A stretch of DNA of 64,000 bases from the NCBI GenBank assembly GCA_016932575.1, contig JAFGCO010000059.1, positions 2,975 to 66,974 on the forward strand, in the 5' to 3' direction. This DNA comes from a bacterium. Its GTDB lineage: Bacteria > Zhuqueibacterota > QNDG01 > JAFGCO01. The first letter of the stretch is position 1. Each line of letters opens with the position of its first letter. A model generated the notes under the pieces. It did not search any database. It saw only the letters and a program-made list of their open reading frames with translations, and was not told the DNA's origin. The translations under genes and the position numbers were made by a program. This document shows, one piece after another, positions 49,088-59,600 of this stretch.

Positions 49088-49621
49088 ATGGGTGAGAAGC
49101 ACGGCAATAAAAGCTCAGAGATCGACCTGCTTTTAATGGCACAAGCCAATGATGTGAAGAGTATCGACCGGTTTTTCAAGCAGGATGACGAGCATGAAAT
49201 CTCCAAACAGGTGAATATCGCAGATCCTGACGGGGTCCGGCCGGTTATGTATGCTGCTTTCTATGGAAATTTGATGTTTGTCCAGTTGTTAATCCAGGCC
49301 GGCGCTGAGATCAACTGTGTGGAGAAAAGGAAATGGACCCCTCTGATGTATGCGGTACGCTACGGACGTCTGGATGTCACTCAGGAATTGGTATTGAATG
49401 ATGCCGAACTGGAAATGCGAAATGATGAAGGCCTTACGGCCTTGATGATTGCAGCCAAATATGGTCAGATTGATATCCTCAATTTTTTAATGAATCATGG
49501 TGCAGATCCCGAAAAAAAAGATCAGGAAGGCCATACAGCCATGCAATTGGCCCAGGATAAAGGGTACAAGATCATTGTGGAAACTTTAAAAGACAGAATG
49601 AATGAGAGGAAAAAGGCATGA
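49088..49621 (+). CDS. ankyrin-repeat protein
   Basis: About four ANK repeats are visible (RPVMYAAFYGNLMFVQLLIQAGAE, TPLMYAVRYGRLDV, TALMIAAKYGQIDILNFLMNHGAD, TAMQLA). Confidence 0.75.
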   Translation: MGEKHGNKSSEIDLLLMAQANDVKSIDRFFKQDDEHEISKQVNIADPDGVRPVMYAAFYGNLMFVQLLIQAGAEINCVEKRKWTPLMYAVRYGRLDVTQELVLNDAELEMRNDEGLTALMIAAKYGQIDILNFLMNHGADPEKKDQEGHTAMQLAQDKGYKIIVETLKDRMNERKKA

Positions 49622-50604
49622 CGTCGGTTCGAATTCTGAATGAAAAATCGATTCCCAATTTGCCCTGGCAGAACCGGCCGGCCGGTTCTGCGGATGTTGT
49701 ATGGCGATATGATCAAAATCCGGTGATTCCGCGGGATATTCTGCCCAATTCCAACAGTGTGTTCAACAGTGCGGTGATTCCCTATCGGAGTGAGTTTGCC
49801 GGCGTTTTCCGGATTGACGACACCACCCGGAAAATGCAGCTGCACCGGGGGTTCAGCAAAGACGGGCTGGATTGGGATATCGATTCAAATCCGATTCGAT
49901 TTCAATGTGATGATCCGGAAATCGGAAATTTTATTTATGGCTATGATCCGCGTGTCGTTGAAATTGAGGGGCGGTATTATGTGATGTGGTGCAATTATTA
50001 TCATGGGGCAACAATCGGCATGGCCTGGACAGATGATTTCCAAACATTTCATCAGATTGAAAACGCATTATTGCCTTTTAACCGAAACGGGGTTCTTTTT
50101 CCCCGGAAAATCAATGGCAATTTTGTCATGCTCAGCCGTCCTTCCGACAGCGGCCACACGCCTTTCGGAGATGTTTATCTCAGCCACAGTCCCGATCTGG
50201 TGCATTGGGGCAAACATCGATGGGTCATGGGACCTGTAGGGAATTCCTGGCAATACACCAAGGTCGGGGGAGGACCATCACCCATTGAAACCTCTGAGGG
50301 CTGGCTGATGATTTATCATGGCGTGCTGCAGTCCTGCAATGGATTTGTATACAGTGCGGGTGCCGCTCTGCTTGATCCGGATGAGCCCTGGAAAGTGATC
50401 GGCCGGGCCAGACCCTATATTTTGAATCCGCGCGAACTTTATGAATGCGTCGGCGATGTGCCCAATGTCGTGTTCCCCTGCGCATCGGTTTGTGATGCGG
50501 ATACGGGGCGCATCGCGATTTACTACGGCGCCGCGGATACAGTGGTGGCCCTGGCGTTCGCCAAAGTGGATGAACTGGTGGATTTTGTCAGGGAGAACTC
50601 ATAA
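49618..50604 (+). CDS. glycoside hydrolase family 130 (beta-mannoside phosphorylase-like)
   Basis: Contains FNSAVIPY, YGYDPRV.EIEGRYYVMW, LFPRKING and MIYHGV blocks typical of GH130. The ATG at 49618 overlaps the ankyrin gene stop (ATGA). Confidence 0.8.
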   Translation: MTSVRILNEKSIPNLPWQNRPAGSADVVWRYDQNPVIPRDILPNSNSVFNSAVIPYRSEFAGVFRIDDTTRKMQLHRGFSKDGLDWDIDSNPIRFQCDDPEIGNFIYGYDPRVVEIEGRYYVMWCNYYHGATIGMAWTDDFQTFHQIENALLPFNRNGVLFPRKINGNFVMLSRPSDSGHTPFGDVYLSHSPDLVHWGKHRWVMGPVGNSWQYTKVGGGPSPIETSEGWLMIYHGVLQSCNGFVYSAGAALLDPDEPWKVIGRARPYILNPRELYECVGDVPNVVFPCASVCDADTGRIAIYYGAADTVVALAFAKVDELVDFVRENS

Positions 50605-50664
50605 AATAGCACGTGTGCTTTGATGCGCATGTGATCAACATTATCTGAATCGATTGATCATAGT

Positions 50665-50724
50665 AACCTCCGGAATAATTGTCCCGAATATTGAACGGGA
50701 TGATCGGGATCCGGAGGTTTTTTT
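50665..50724 (+). terminator. rho-independent terminator after the GH130 gene
   Basis: The outer stem pairs aacctccgga with tccggaggtt and encloses an inner tcccg/cggga hairpin. It is followed by 7 T. Confidence 0.55.
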
Positions 50725-50851
50725 ATTATCAGTGAAAACCACAACTTCAGTTTGTGGTCTGATTAAGCGTTAACCTGGTTGAAGAATTGTTAAATTGATA
50801 TTAATATAGGATCCCACTTTCCCCGGATAGCTTTGCTTCCGGGGAAAGTGA

Positions 50852-51920
50852 GAAAGAAAATGCCTGGCTACCGAAAAATCTCCTGAACTGCAATACGGCA
50901 CAGATGAACGAACCATTGTCGGATGTGTGGCAACGGCCATGGCGATGACCATGTACTATTGGAAGTGGCCCGAGTCGGGAACCGGAAATGCATGCACAAC
51001 CTGCCATTTCAGAAGAGGAATCGGCTGGGTTGAAAAAGTATGCGGAACAGATCCGAAAATTCCTGCTGATTATCCCTGGGTGGTAAGCAGCGTCACCCGA
51101 CTTGAATGGATCCCGAAGGACGGCGGTATTTTAAGAATGCGGGGGTACTGGGATGAAAGCCTCTATGAAGAAGCTCAGGAGATCAGTAACAACAGCGATT
51201 TTCTGTCGGCCCTGGGAGACTGCTGGAACAGTCTGACCATCGGATCATCCCCGGAGGATGTCACCTTTGGTGAAACCTATGAATGGGATCAGATGACAGA
51301 AACCCGGGATACTCCCGGCGGAGACGACATGGCCAAAATCAGTTATCATGCGGCTGTTGCAGCGAATATGAATTTTGGAGTCAAAGCTTCAGGTGCCAGT
51401 ATGTTGGAATGCCGGAATGCTCTGGTGAATCATTTTCGATCATTCGAATGCGAATTGGGATGCATCCGTGAATTTCGAGATCATGCGTGAAGAGATTCAG
51501 TGGCTGCGTCCTGTGATCATTAGCCGGGAAAGACCCGACGGAGCCGGACAGGCCTGGATCATTCATGGATATAAAGAAGGCAGTGATCAGTTTCTGATGA
51601 ATTTCGGGCACACAGGAGATGGTGACGGCTGATACACTTATGATAATATTACCTTTGTGAATAAGGAATTTAATGACGAACAGGAGTATGTTCATAAAAT
51701 TGCTCCTGAAGAAACAATCGGTTTTTTCGGAGGATCGTCGGGCGGAACCGGCTCGCCCGACAATCCCGACTGGAATATTGAAAAAGCCATTGACAAAGCA
51801 GACGAGGGAGAAACCCTGATTTTCAGGGCCGGATCCGTCAATACCTTTTCTTCCGATTATCCTGAAATTTTAAAATTGCTGACACTCAAAGGCTGCAATG
51901 TCACCATTCAAAAGGAATAG
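50852..51920 (+). pseudogene. decayed peptidase C10 (streptopain-like) gene remnant
   Basis: A catalytic-Cys block GCVATAMA lies only about 25 codons after the frame opens, with no signal or pro-region. The frame shifts from 2 to 0 near the T-run at 51433-51436. An in-frame TGA at 51630-51632 sits where family members have Trp (DG*YTYDNI). The catalytic-His position reads GQAWIIHGY. Confidence 0.55.
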
Positions 51921-51950
51921 TCATTCATATTTGAATCAGGAGAAGCAATC

Positions 51951-52518
51951 ATGTTAAAATATAAAAACATAGCGACCGTTTGTAGTGTGATATTGGTCAA
52001 TTTGTCGCTGTCCGCTCATTTGAACAGCCAGACTTACTGTATCAGATCATCGGTGATCAGCTGCGGCGGGATTCATAAGACATCTTTAAACTATCAAAGT
52101 AGCAACTCATTGGGAGTTACAGCAGCCATTGGTTTGTCACAGGATCCTTCCACGACCCTTCTGGCAGGCTTTCAGGAAACCTGCATTCTCCTTCTGACCA
52201 CGTCGTTTCATGAATCCGGTTATCAGATTGGGGATAATATGCCGACGGAATTCAGGCCAGAATTTTCCAAATCCTTTTAATCCGCTGACACAAATACAAT
52301 ATGCGATTTCGGAGCCGGTTCATGTGATACTCACTGTTTACAACGCCCTGGGCCGGGAGATAGGCAAACTTGTGGATGAAAAACAAATTCCGGGATTCTA
52401 TACGGTCAACTGGGATGGAAATGGTCAGGGCAGTCGACATTTTGACAGCAGCCTCTATTTCTATCGTTTGCAGGCGGGTCAATTTGCTGCCATTCGGAAG
52501 ATGATATTGATCAAGTAA
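51951..52518 (+). pseudogene. small T9SS type A cargo gene interrupted by a +1 frameshift
   Basis: ORF 51951..52280 (signal peptide) reads ...PTEFR and then runs out of frame. QNFPNPFNPLTQIQYAI... continues in the +1 frame from 52258 to 52518. A single extra nucleotide near 52257 explains the break. Confidence 0.5.
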
Positions 52519-52956
52519 TCATTGGAGGCGGTTGCAATTAGATCGGTGTCCCTGATTATCGGATTGCTCCTGCTGATCAGTATGGTCTGGGCATTCATTG
52601 CAGTACGAGTATCCATGAGAGATCAGCTGCTCGAAGGGTTGAGGGAGGTGTCAATCAAGAATTAAGAAAAAAGAAATAAGATGAAATATCAGAAATGTTA
52701 TACATGATTTTTATTAAATTTTAGTAATATTATTCATACAGGACCAAAATTTGCTTGTTCACTCTATTTGAAAGGATGGATATTTGAAATTTACATACAA
52801 CTGACTATGAATAAACAAGATAGGGGAATATTTTAAAATAACTTTATGTTTTGTATTTTGAAAATGATGTTTATATTTGAATTGTGTAATAACTCGATCG
52901 AAATGATTTTATATATTTTTATTGATAGGTTTTGATTATACCAAGGAGCGGATACG

Positions 52957-55407
52957 ATGAAAAGAATAACTCTGTTTTTTATACCGCTTCTTCTACTACT
53001 ATTTATTCTTGTGCTTGCTCAGGTCGTTCCGGTTCCCACAACATTAAATGATTTTTTTCTGCCAGGATCCCAGCCAGGCCAGTCCGGCAATACGGAACTG
53101 CCGGACAAATGCGACAATTGTCATGGCGGATATGATCTCTCAGTCGAACCCTCTTTCAACTGGCGCGGCGGCATGATGTCCCAGGCAGCCCGCGATCCCT
53201 TCTATTATGCCTGCATGGCCATTGCCAATCAGGACGCGCCCGAAAGCGGAGATCTCTGTATCCGGTGTCACTCACCGCGTGGCTGGCTTGACGGGCGTTC
53301 CACGCCTACAGACGGATCCGCGTTAACCAGCGGTGACCGTGAAGGGGTTCACTGCGGCTTCTGCCATAAAATGGTGATGACATCCCCCCTGGGTGAAAAT
53401 CCTTTTCCTGAAGATTCGGTGTATACAGCAGATACCTATTCTGAGGATCAGGCCTATCTGGCAGATTTGAGCCATATTCCGGGCACAACGGCAAACGGTA
53501 TGTTTATCAATTCTGATGAGGGAGCGAAAAGAGGTCCGTTTGTTGATGCGGTTGCCAGGCATCAGATGTATTATTCCCCGCTGCATCAAACGTCGGATCT
53601 TTGCGGTACCTGTCACGATGTCAGCAATCCGGTGTATGAGCGGACGGTCTTAAATACCTATGTGCCGAATGATTTTGACAGCATGGCTTCTAATTTTGAT
53701 CCTTACACAATGTTTCCGGTCGAGAGAACCTACAGTGAATGGCTGAAGAGTGCCTACAATTCTCCAGAGGGTGTGTATGCTCCGCAGTTCGGCGGAAATA
53801 AAGCTTATGTTTCCACCTGCCAGGACTGCCATTTAAGGGATGTAACCGGAGCAGGCGCCAATAAAAAGGATGTGCCGATCCGGAACGATCTGCCTCTGCA
53901 TGATATGACAGGCGGCAATACATTTATTGCAAAATTGATCGATCAGCTCTATCCCGGTGAAAGTGATACGGCCGCATTAAATCAGGGAATCGGGCGGGCC
54001 CGTTCCATGCTGGAGCTGGCCGCTTTTATGGAAGTCAACATGGATGGCAAGGTTGTGACTGTGAAGGTGACCAATCAGACGGGGCACAAACTGCCTTCAG
54101 GATATCCAGAGGGCCGCAGAATATGGATCCATCTGACGGCGTTGAACAACAGCGGTGTTTTTTACGAATCAGGCGCATATAACTTTCTGACTGCGGATTT
54201 GATTCACGACCCGGATATCAAGATTTATGAAATCAAGCCGGGGATATCGAAATCCCTGTCTCCTGTTGTTAATTTTCCAGCCGGGCCGTCGTTTCATTTT
54301 GTTTTGAACGATACGATTTATAAAGACAACCGTATTCCCCCCCGTGGGTTCAGCAATACAAGTTTTGAAGATATCCAGTCTCCGCCCGTCGGTTATGCCT
54401 ATGCGGACGGTCAATATTGGGATGAAACCGTCTATATCCTGGATCAGGTGCCCACCAAAGTGGAAGCCACACTTTATTATCAGACGACAAGCAAAGAATA
54501 TGTGGAATTTTTAAGAGATGAGAATCATACAAATGACTGGGGGCTCACATTTTACGGATTGTGGGAAGACCATGGAATGTCTGAGCCTGTCATCATGCAA
54601 AGTGCCAGTCAGACTTTGAATGGATTTATTGACACGGAAGCGGCTGTCGGCGGCAGCCTGGTTTTATTCAACGAAGGCGATGTGGATCCCGGAGACGGAC
54701 ACACTGTTGAAATGACGTTTAACAGTCTTTCCGGCAGCGGCGATATCACGGTGCTGCAGCTCAATCAGGCACCGGCAAATCCACCTGAACTCCCTTATAT
54801 CGAAGTCGCCTGGAATATTTCAAAATCCGCAGGTATCGATGCGTTTTCATCCGATGCCGTTTTTCATTACACGGATGAAGATATTTCAGGGATGAATGAA
54901 AGCAAGCTCAGGGTTTATTTCTGGAATGGTACGGCCTGGCAATATATGGGGGGGACTGTAAATCAGGCCGATAATGAGGTTGCTGTTTCCCTGTCTCTGA
55001 CCGGTGATTTTGCTTTATTTGAAACGGATGAAGTGCTGCTGGCCTGCAAAGTGTTTATGGAAGGTCCTTATCAGGCAGGGACTGGGATGCGAACCCTTTT
55101 ACAGGAGGCAGGCTGGATACCCATAACATCTCCCTATTCAGACAACAGGGTGGTGGCCCGCGTTCCCAGTCAAATCACAGACTGGGTATTTGTGGAACTC
55201 AGAAGCACAGCCAATGGCACCCTGGTGGCGGGCCGATCATTTTTCCTGAGAAATGACGGGATCGTTACGGATGACAATGGTATAACGACCGATTTATCCA
55301 TCCCCGGCGTTTCAGACGGATATTATTATATTGTGATGCATCACCGGAACCACCTGTCCCTGATGAGTGCTTCATCACGGTACCTGACTGGCATCAGCTC
55401 ACCCTGA
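52957..55407 (+). CDS. secreted penta-haem c-type cytochrome with large non-haem region and unclassified C-terminal domain
   Basis: Signal peptide present. There are five CxxCH motifs: CDNCH at 53110, CIRCH at 53257, CGFCH at 53353, CGTCH at 53602 and CQDCH at 53818. AGGAG RBS. Confidence 0.8.
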   Translation: MKRITLFFIPLLLLLFILVLAQVVPVPTTLNDFFLPGSQPGQSGNTELPDKCDNCHGGYDLSVEPSFNWRGGMMSQAARDPFYYACMAIANQDAPESGDLCIRCHSPRGWLDGRSTPTDGSALTSGDREGVHCGFCHKMVMTSPLGENPFPEDSVYTADTYSEDQAYLADLSHIPGTTANGMFINSDEGAKRGPFVDAVARHQMYYSPLHQTSDLCGTCHDVSNPVYERTVLNTYVPNDFDSMASNFDPYTMFPVERTYSEWLKSAYNSPEGVYAPQFGGNKAYVSTCQDCHLRDVTGAGANKKDVPIRNDLPLHDMTGGNTFIAKLIDQLYPGESDTAALNQGIGRARSMLELAAFMEVNMDGKVVTVKVTNQTGHKLPSGYPEGRRIWIHLTALNNSGVFYESGAYNFLTADLIHDPDIKIYEIKPGISKSLSPVVNFPAGPSFHFVLNDTIYKDNRIPPRGFSNTSFEDIQSPPVGYAYADGQYWDETVYILDQVPTKVEATLYYQTTSKEYVEFLRDENHTNDWGLTFYGLWEDHGMSEPVIMQSASQTLNGFIDTEAAVGGSLVLFNEGDVDPGDGHTVEMTFNSLSGSGDITVLQLNQAPANPPELPYIEVAWNISKSAGIDAFSSDAVFHYTDEDISGMNESKLRVYFWNGTAWQYMGGTVNQADNEVAVSLSLTGDFALFETDEVLLACKVFMEGPYQAGTGMRTLLQEAGWIPITSPYSDNRVVARVPSQITDWVFVELRSTANGTLVAGRSFFLRNDGIVTDDNGITTDLSIPGVSDGYYYIVMHHRNHLSLMSASSRYLTGISSP
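55036..55404 (+). other. shared C-terminal domain, copy A (EGPY...DWVFVELR...YYIVMHHRNHLSLMS)
   Basis: Last 123 aa of the cytochrome. Aligns with copies B and C. Confidence 0.8.
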
Positions 55408-55587
55408 CCAGATTGTCCGATTCTCAGTTCATTGATGTAGATATAGCCCCCGCCTCCCCATCAACATCAAAGATGTGGGAAGAAAGTTGAGGGCGATGTT
55501 TTGCATAAATGTGATTATATATTGAACCGTTCGATCCATCCGAATTTTTTTGCGAAGATTTCTCGAATGCCAGGAATATAATCTCCA

Positions 55588-55623
55588 CCAAAAAGAGAGG
55601 CCCGCCAGAATGACTGGCGGGCC
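55588..55623 (-). terminator. GC-rich hairpin terminator between the convergent cytochrome and OM-barrel genes
   Basis: ggcccgccag pairs with ctggcgggcc around the loop aatga. On the minus strand it is followed by CTCTCTTTTTGG. Confidence 0.5.
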
Positions 55624-55768
55624 TGCCTATAAAAAAATTAATCGATAATTTGAAATAGTGATACTGAAAATTGCACACCTTTTAGGGCAATGACTCTAAA
55701 TCACTGCCCCTGACGGTGGTTCTTGATTAAATAGAAATCCTCGCATGATTCAACATTTCGATAAAATT

Positions 55769-56431
55769 TTACAGCGCGATTTGAATGCCGATTTTGGGTT
55801 CAAAACAGAAAATAAGATCCGTTTCATCGGCTTCATCTTTATCAGCAATGAACGTGGCATTCAACTGACAGTCAAGTAACAACATGTCGGTGATTGAAAT
55901 CAAGCCTCCCCATCCGGTATAAAAGGCTACGCACGGATCCCATTCTTTTGTTGCAACAGATTCTTTTTCCACGGTGATTTCAGTATCCCCTTGGGAGAGC
56001 CGGTATCCTGCTCCTGCACGAATGTAATATTTATTTAATGCGTCAGGCGTCAGAACGAACCGACCGCCAATCATAATCATCTGAGAACTTCCGGCATCGA
56101 AATTAATGTCTTTTTGACTTTCCTTTGGCACCCCTTTATTGACTGAGAATTTTATATTGCGCTCAAGATCATTGTCGATTCTCAATATTGAGTATCGATA
56201 CTCCAATTCAATTTGAATGCTGTTTAAAGCACTGTATATCAAGTTGGCCCCAAGACCGAAACTCGGATCAAAGTATGCGTTTTGGGTTGTTTCATATTCC
56301 GGAACCAGATATGAAACGCTCAGACCGGTGATGATTTTGGGCATTTCCGATGAAAATAATTGTGTGCTCATACCCAGAAAAATTAGCAGACATACAATAA
56401 TCATCAATCCGGATAATGATTTTTTTTTCAT
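55769..56431 (-). CDS. small outer-membrane beta-barrel protein (220 aa)
   Basis: Signal peptide and alternating hydrophobic/aromatic beta-strand pattern (YRYS, YIRAGAGYRL, FYTGWGG). The family is not resolved. Confidence 0.5.
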   Translation of the reverse strand: MKKKSLSGLMIIVCLLIFLGMSTQLFSSEMPKIITGLSVSYLVPEYETTQNAYFDPSFGLGANLIYSALNSIQIELEYRYSILRIDNDLERNIKFSVNKGVPKESQKDINFDAGSSQMIMIGGRFVLTPDALNKYYIRAGAGYRLSQGDTEITVEKESVATKEWDPCVAFYTGWGGLISITDMLLLDCQLNATFIADKDEADETDLIFCFEPKIGIQIAL

Positions 56432-56647
56432 TTCTCTGCTCCTTGTATTTTAATTTTATTGAATGAAAAGTTTTATAAAATTAATTATTCTTGATTTTAA
56501 TGTCAAGCCAAATATCAATGATTCGATGCGGCAAATATTTCCCGTATGGAGGATAGGCTTGTATTTTAATGGCTGGCTGATTTTGGTATTTTTTTTGCTC
56601 AGTTATCAATATTTGTATGATGCGTTTAATTTTTCGGTTTTTTTTCA

Positions 56648-59600
56648 ATGAAAACAAGATGTTTCTGTGTGTCTGTTTTAATTGTCTTTTTCAATGCACG
56701 GACGGTTATTGCCCGGGGAACCCTGACTTTTGACCATTCCGAAGTGGCTGATTTATGCGCGCAGGGAAAGGCGCTGGGAGATATCAACGGAGACGGCATG
56801 CCGGATGTCATTATTGCCGAAGGAGAATTCAGCCCGGGAGCGTTCGCCTGGTACAAGTATCCCAACTGGGAAAAATATGATATCCATGCGGTCGCATTTT
56901 CCGAAATGGATTATGTGCCGGACTGCCAGGTGGCGGATATGGACAATGACGGGGATCTCGATATCATTGTGCCCAACAGCCACAACAGCGCGAACAAGAG
57001 CCTGTGGTGGTTTGAAAATCCCCTGAATGACGGCGGCAACCCTGAAACGGACGGATTTACCCGGCATGTGGTCTGGTCCGCATCGGACAGCCATATCAAG
57101 GATGTGTCCGTGGCCGATTTTGACCAAGACGGCAAACCGGATATTGTGCTTCGTTTTACCTCCAAAGCGGCGGTGTTTTTTCAGAATTCAGCGGACAACT
57201 GGACCCAGGTCTCCTGGAGCATCGGGGGATCCGAAGGTATGGGAACCGGGGATATCGACTGGGACGGAGATACGGATGTGATTACCAATGGTGTGTTCTA
57301 TCAGAATCCCGGGAACCGGGTCGATTCATGGACGCAGAAAACCATCGGTTCATACGCGCAGAGCACCGCCTGCCGTGTGCAGGCGGCAGACATTAACGGA
57401 GACGGGCATGAGGAACCGGTTTTCAGCAGTTCCGAATACGCCGGATATGCAGTTTCGTGGTATTCCGCAGCGGATCCTGAAAACGGTCCCTGGACCGAGC
57501 ATGTGATCGGATATGTTGACTATTGTCATACCCTGCAAACCGGGGATGTGGACCGGGACGGAGATATCGATGTCGTGGGCGGTTCCATGCCTTCGGCGAG
57601 CACGGATGAAGTGGTTCTTTTTGAAAACACAGGAAACGGCAATACGTGGACACGTCATACGGTGGATTCCAAGTCAACCTATATTGCCAAGATGGCAGAT
57701 ATGGGCGCTGACGGCGATCTGGACATAGTGGGGAGCCGGAGCTATGATGTCGCGCCGATTGATTTTTTTGAGAATCAGCTCGACCCGGTTCTGCCGCTGG
57801 ATCAGTGGCAATATATTCAGGCGGATAACACCAGAATGGCCCAGGCTTTCGGGCTGGATATGGATGACGTGACCGGTGATGATTTTCTGGATATCGCATC
57901 CGGTCCCTATTTCTACCGGAATCCGGGCGGAAATATGACGTCGGCGTGGACCCGCATGAATCTGCCGAACAGTGTGGATGCGGTACTGATCACGGATCTG
58001 GACGATGACGCCTTTGGCGATATTGTCGCTCAAAAGACTGTGGATGACGCGCTGCATTTCTATTGGCTTGAAGCCGGAGATGCGCAGGGAAGCAGCTGGA
58101 CACAGATGGCTGATATCGGTTCCGTGCCCCAGGCCAGTCATACGCTTGGATCCCAGGGGCATCGCATGGTACAGATCGAATCCGGGGGAAAATATGAAAT
58201 TGTGGTCACCAGCGGCAACGGTCTGTATTATTTTGAAATTCCGGCAAGTCCGGAGGCCGGTTCCTGGCCCTTGACCCATGTCCACAGCAATCCCACGGAC
58301 GAGGGATTTGGTGCAGGTGATATCGACGGTGACGGAGATCAGGATCTGGCCTGCGGCACCGGATCCACCAAACGCGTGGAATGGTATGAAAATCCCGGAG
58401 ACGGCTCCCCGTCATGGACCGCCTATCATATTGGCGACATGACGGAATCGGTATGGACCGACCGGTTTGCTGTCGCAGATATGAACGGGGACAATAAGCC
58501 GGACATTATCGGCACGGAGGAGAACGGAGCCAGCACAGGCGCGGAAACCTACTGGTGGGAACAGCCGGAAGATCCCACGTCGGGCGGCTGGACACGGCAT
58601 CTGGTCGTGTCGCAGGCGACAACCAATTCCATGGATGCAGCGGATATGGATCATGACGGGGACACGGATATCATTTTGGGAGAGCATCGCGGTACGGAAA
58701 AGCTGTCTGTCTGGGAAAATGACGGAACGGGATCATTTACTGAAAATGGAGTGGATGATGGCAAGGAAAGCCATCTGGGCGCAAAAACCGCTGATCTTGA
58801 CAGTGATGGCGATCCGGATATTGTCAGCATTGCCTGGGATGATTATTCTTATCTTCATATATGGCGGAACGATGCGATCCAGAGCGGCATGCAGACGGTT
58901 GCTGCTCCGGATATCTCTCCAGACGGCGGGTCTTTTACCGGCTCCGTTTCAGTCACGCTTTCCACTGCCACCTCCGGTGCAGCGATTTATTATACCACAG
59001 ACGGGACAGATCCGGAAGATTTCTCAACCGAATATTCAGGCGCGTTCACTGTATCCCAGAGTCTGACAGTCAAAGCCAGGGCCTATAAAAGCGGAATGAA
59101 TGCGAGCAGCATTACGTCTGCCGCATTTACTATTGAACAGGATGCGACACCGCCCGAAATCAATTCAGTGTCCGCGAGCGGAAATCCCAATCGTGTTCAA
59201 ATCGGTTTCAATGAAGATCTGGATGCATCCACCTCAGAAACAGCCGCCAATTACACTATTGATTCGGGCATCTCTGTTACCCTGGCCGAATTATCCGTGG
59301 ATAAAAGGAATGTTTTTCTGGCAACATCCATACTTTCTCCGGATATCACATATACACTTACCGTGAATGATGTGGAAGATAGTCATGGCAATCCCATCTC
59401 GCCGGATACGCAGGAGACCTTTCAGTATATCCCTGTAAATCTGGGAGAGGGCCTTGCTGCCTGTTATTCTTTGGATGAGATTTCGGGAACAGCGGTCCAT
59501 GACCAGTCCGGCAATGGTCATGACGGTACCCTGCATGGCGGTCAGTGGTCCTCCGGACATATTGATAATGCTGTTGATTTCGACGGCACCGATGACTACA

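Noticed and set aside
51630-51632. An in-frame TGA at a position where the C10 family has Trp, which could hint at TGA-to-Trp/Gly recoding (genetic code 4 or 25) or selenocysteine.
   Set aside because: TGA clearly functions as a stop elsewhere in the window, including the ATGA/GTGA overlaps at 15411, 19602, 20936, 40677 and 49619. The same gene also has a frameshift, a 5' truncation and a lost catalytic His, so pseudogenisation is the simpler explanation.
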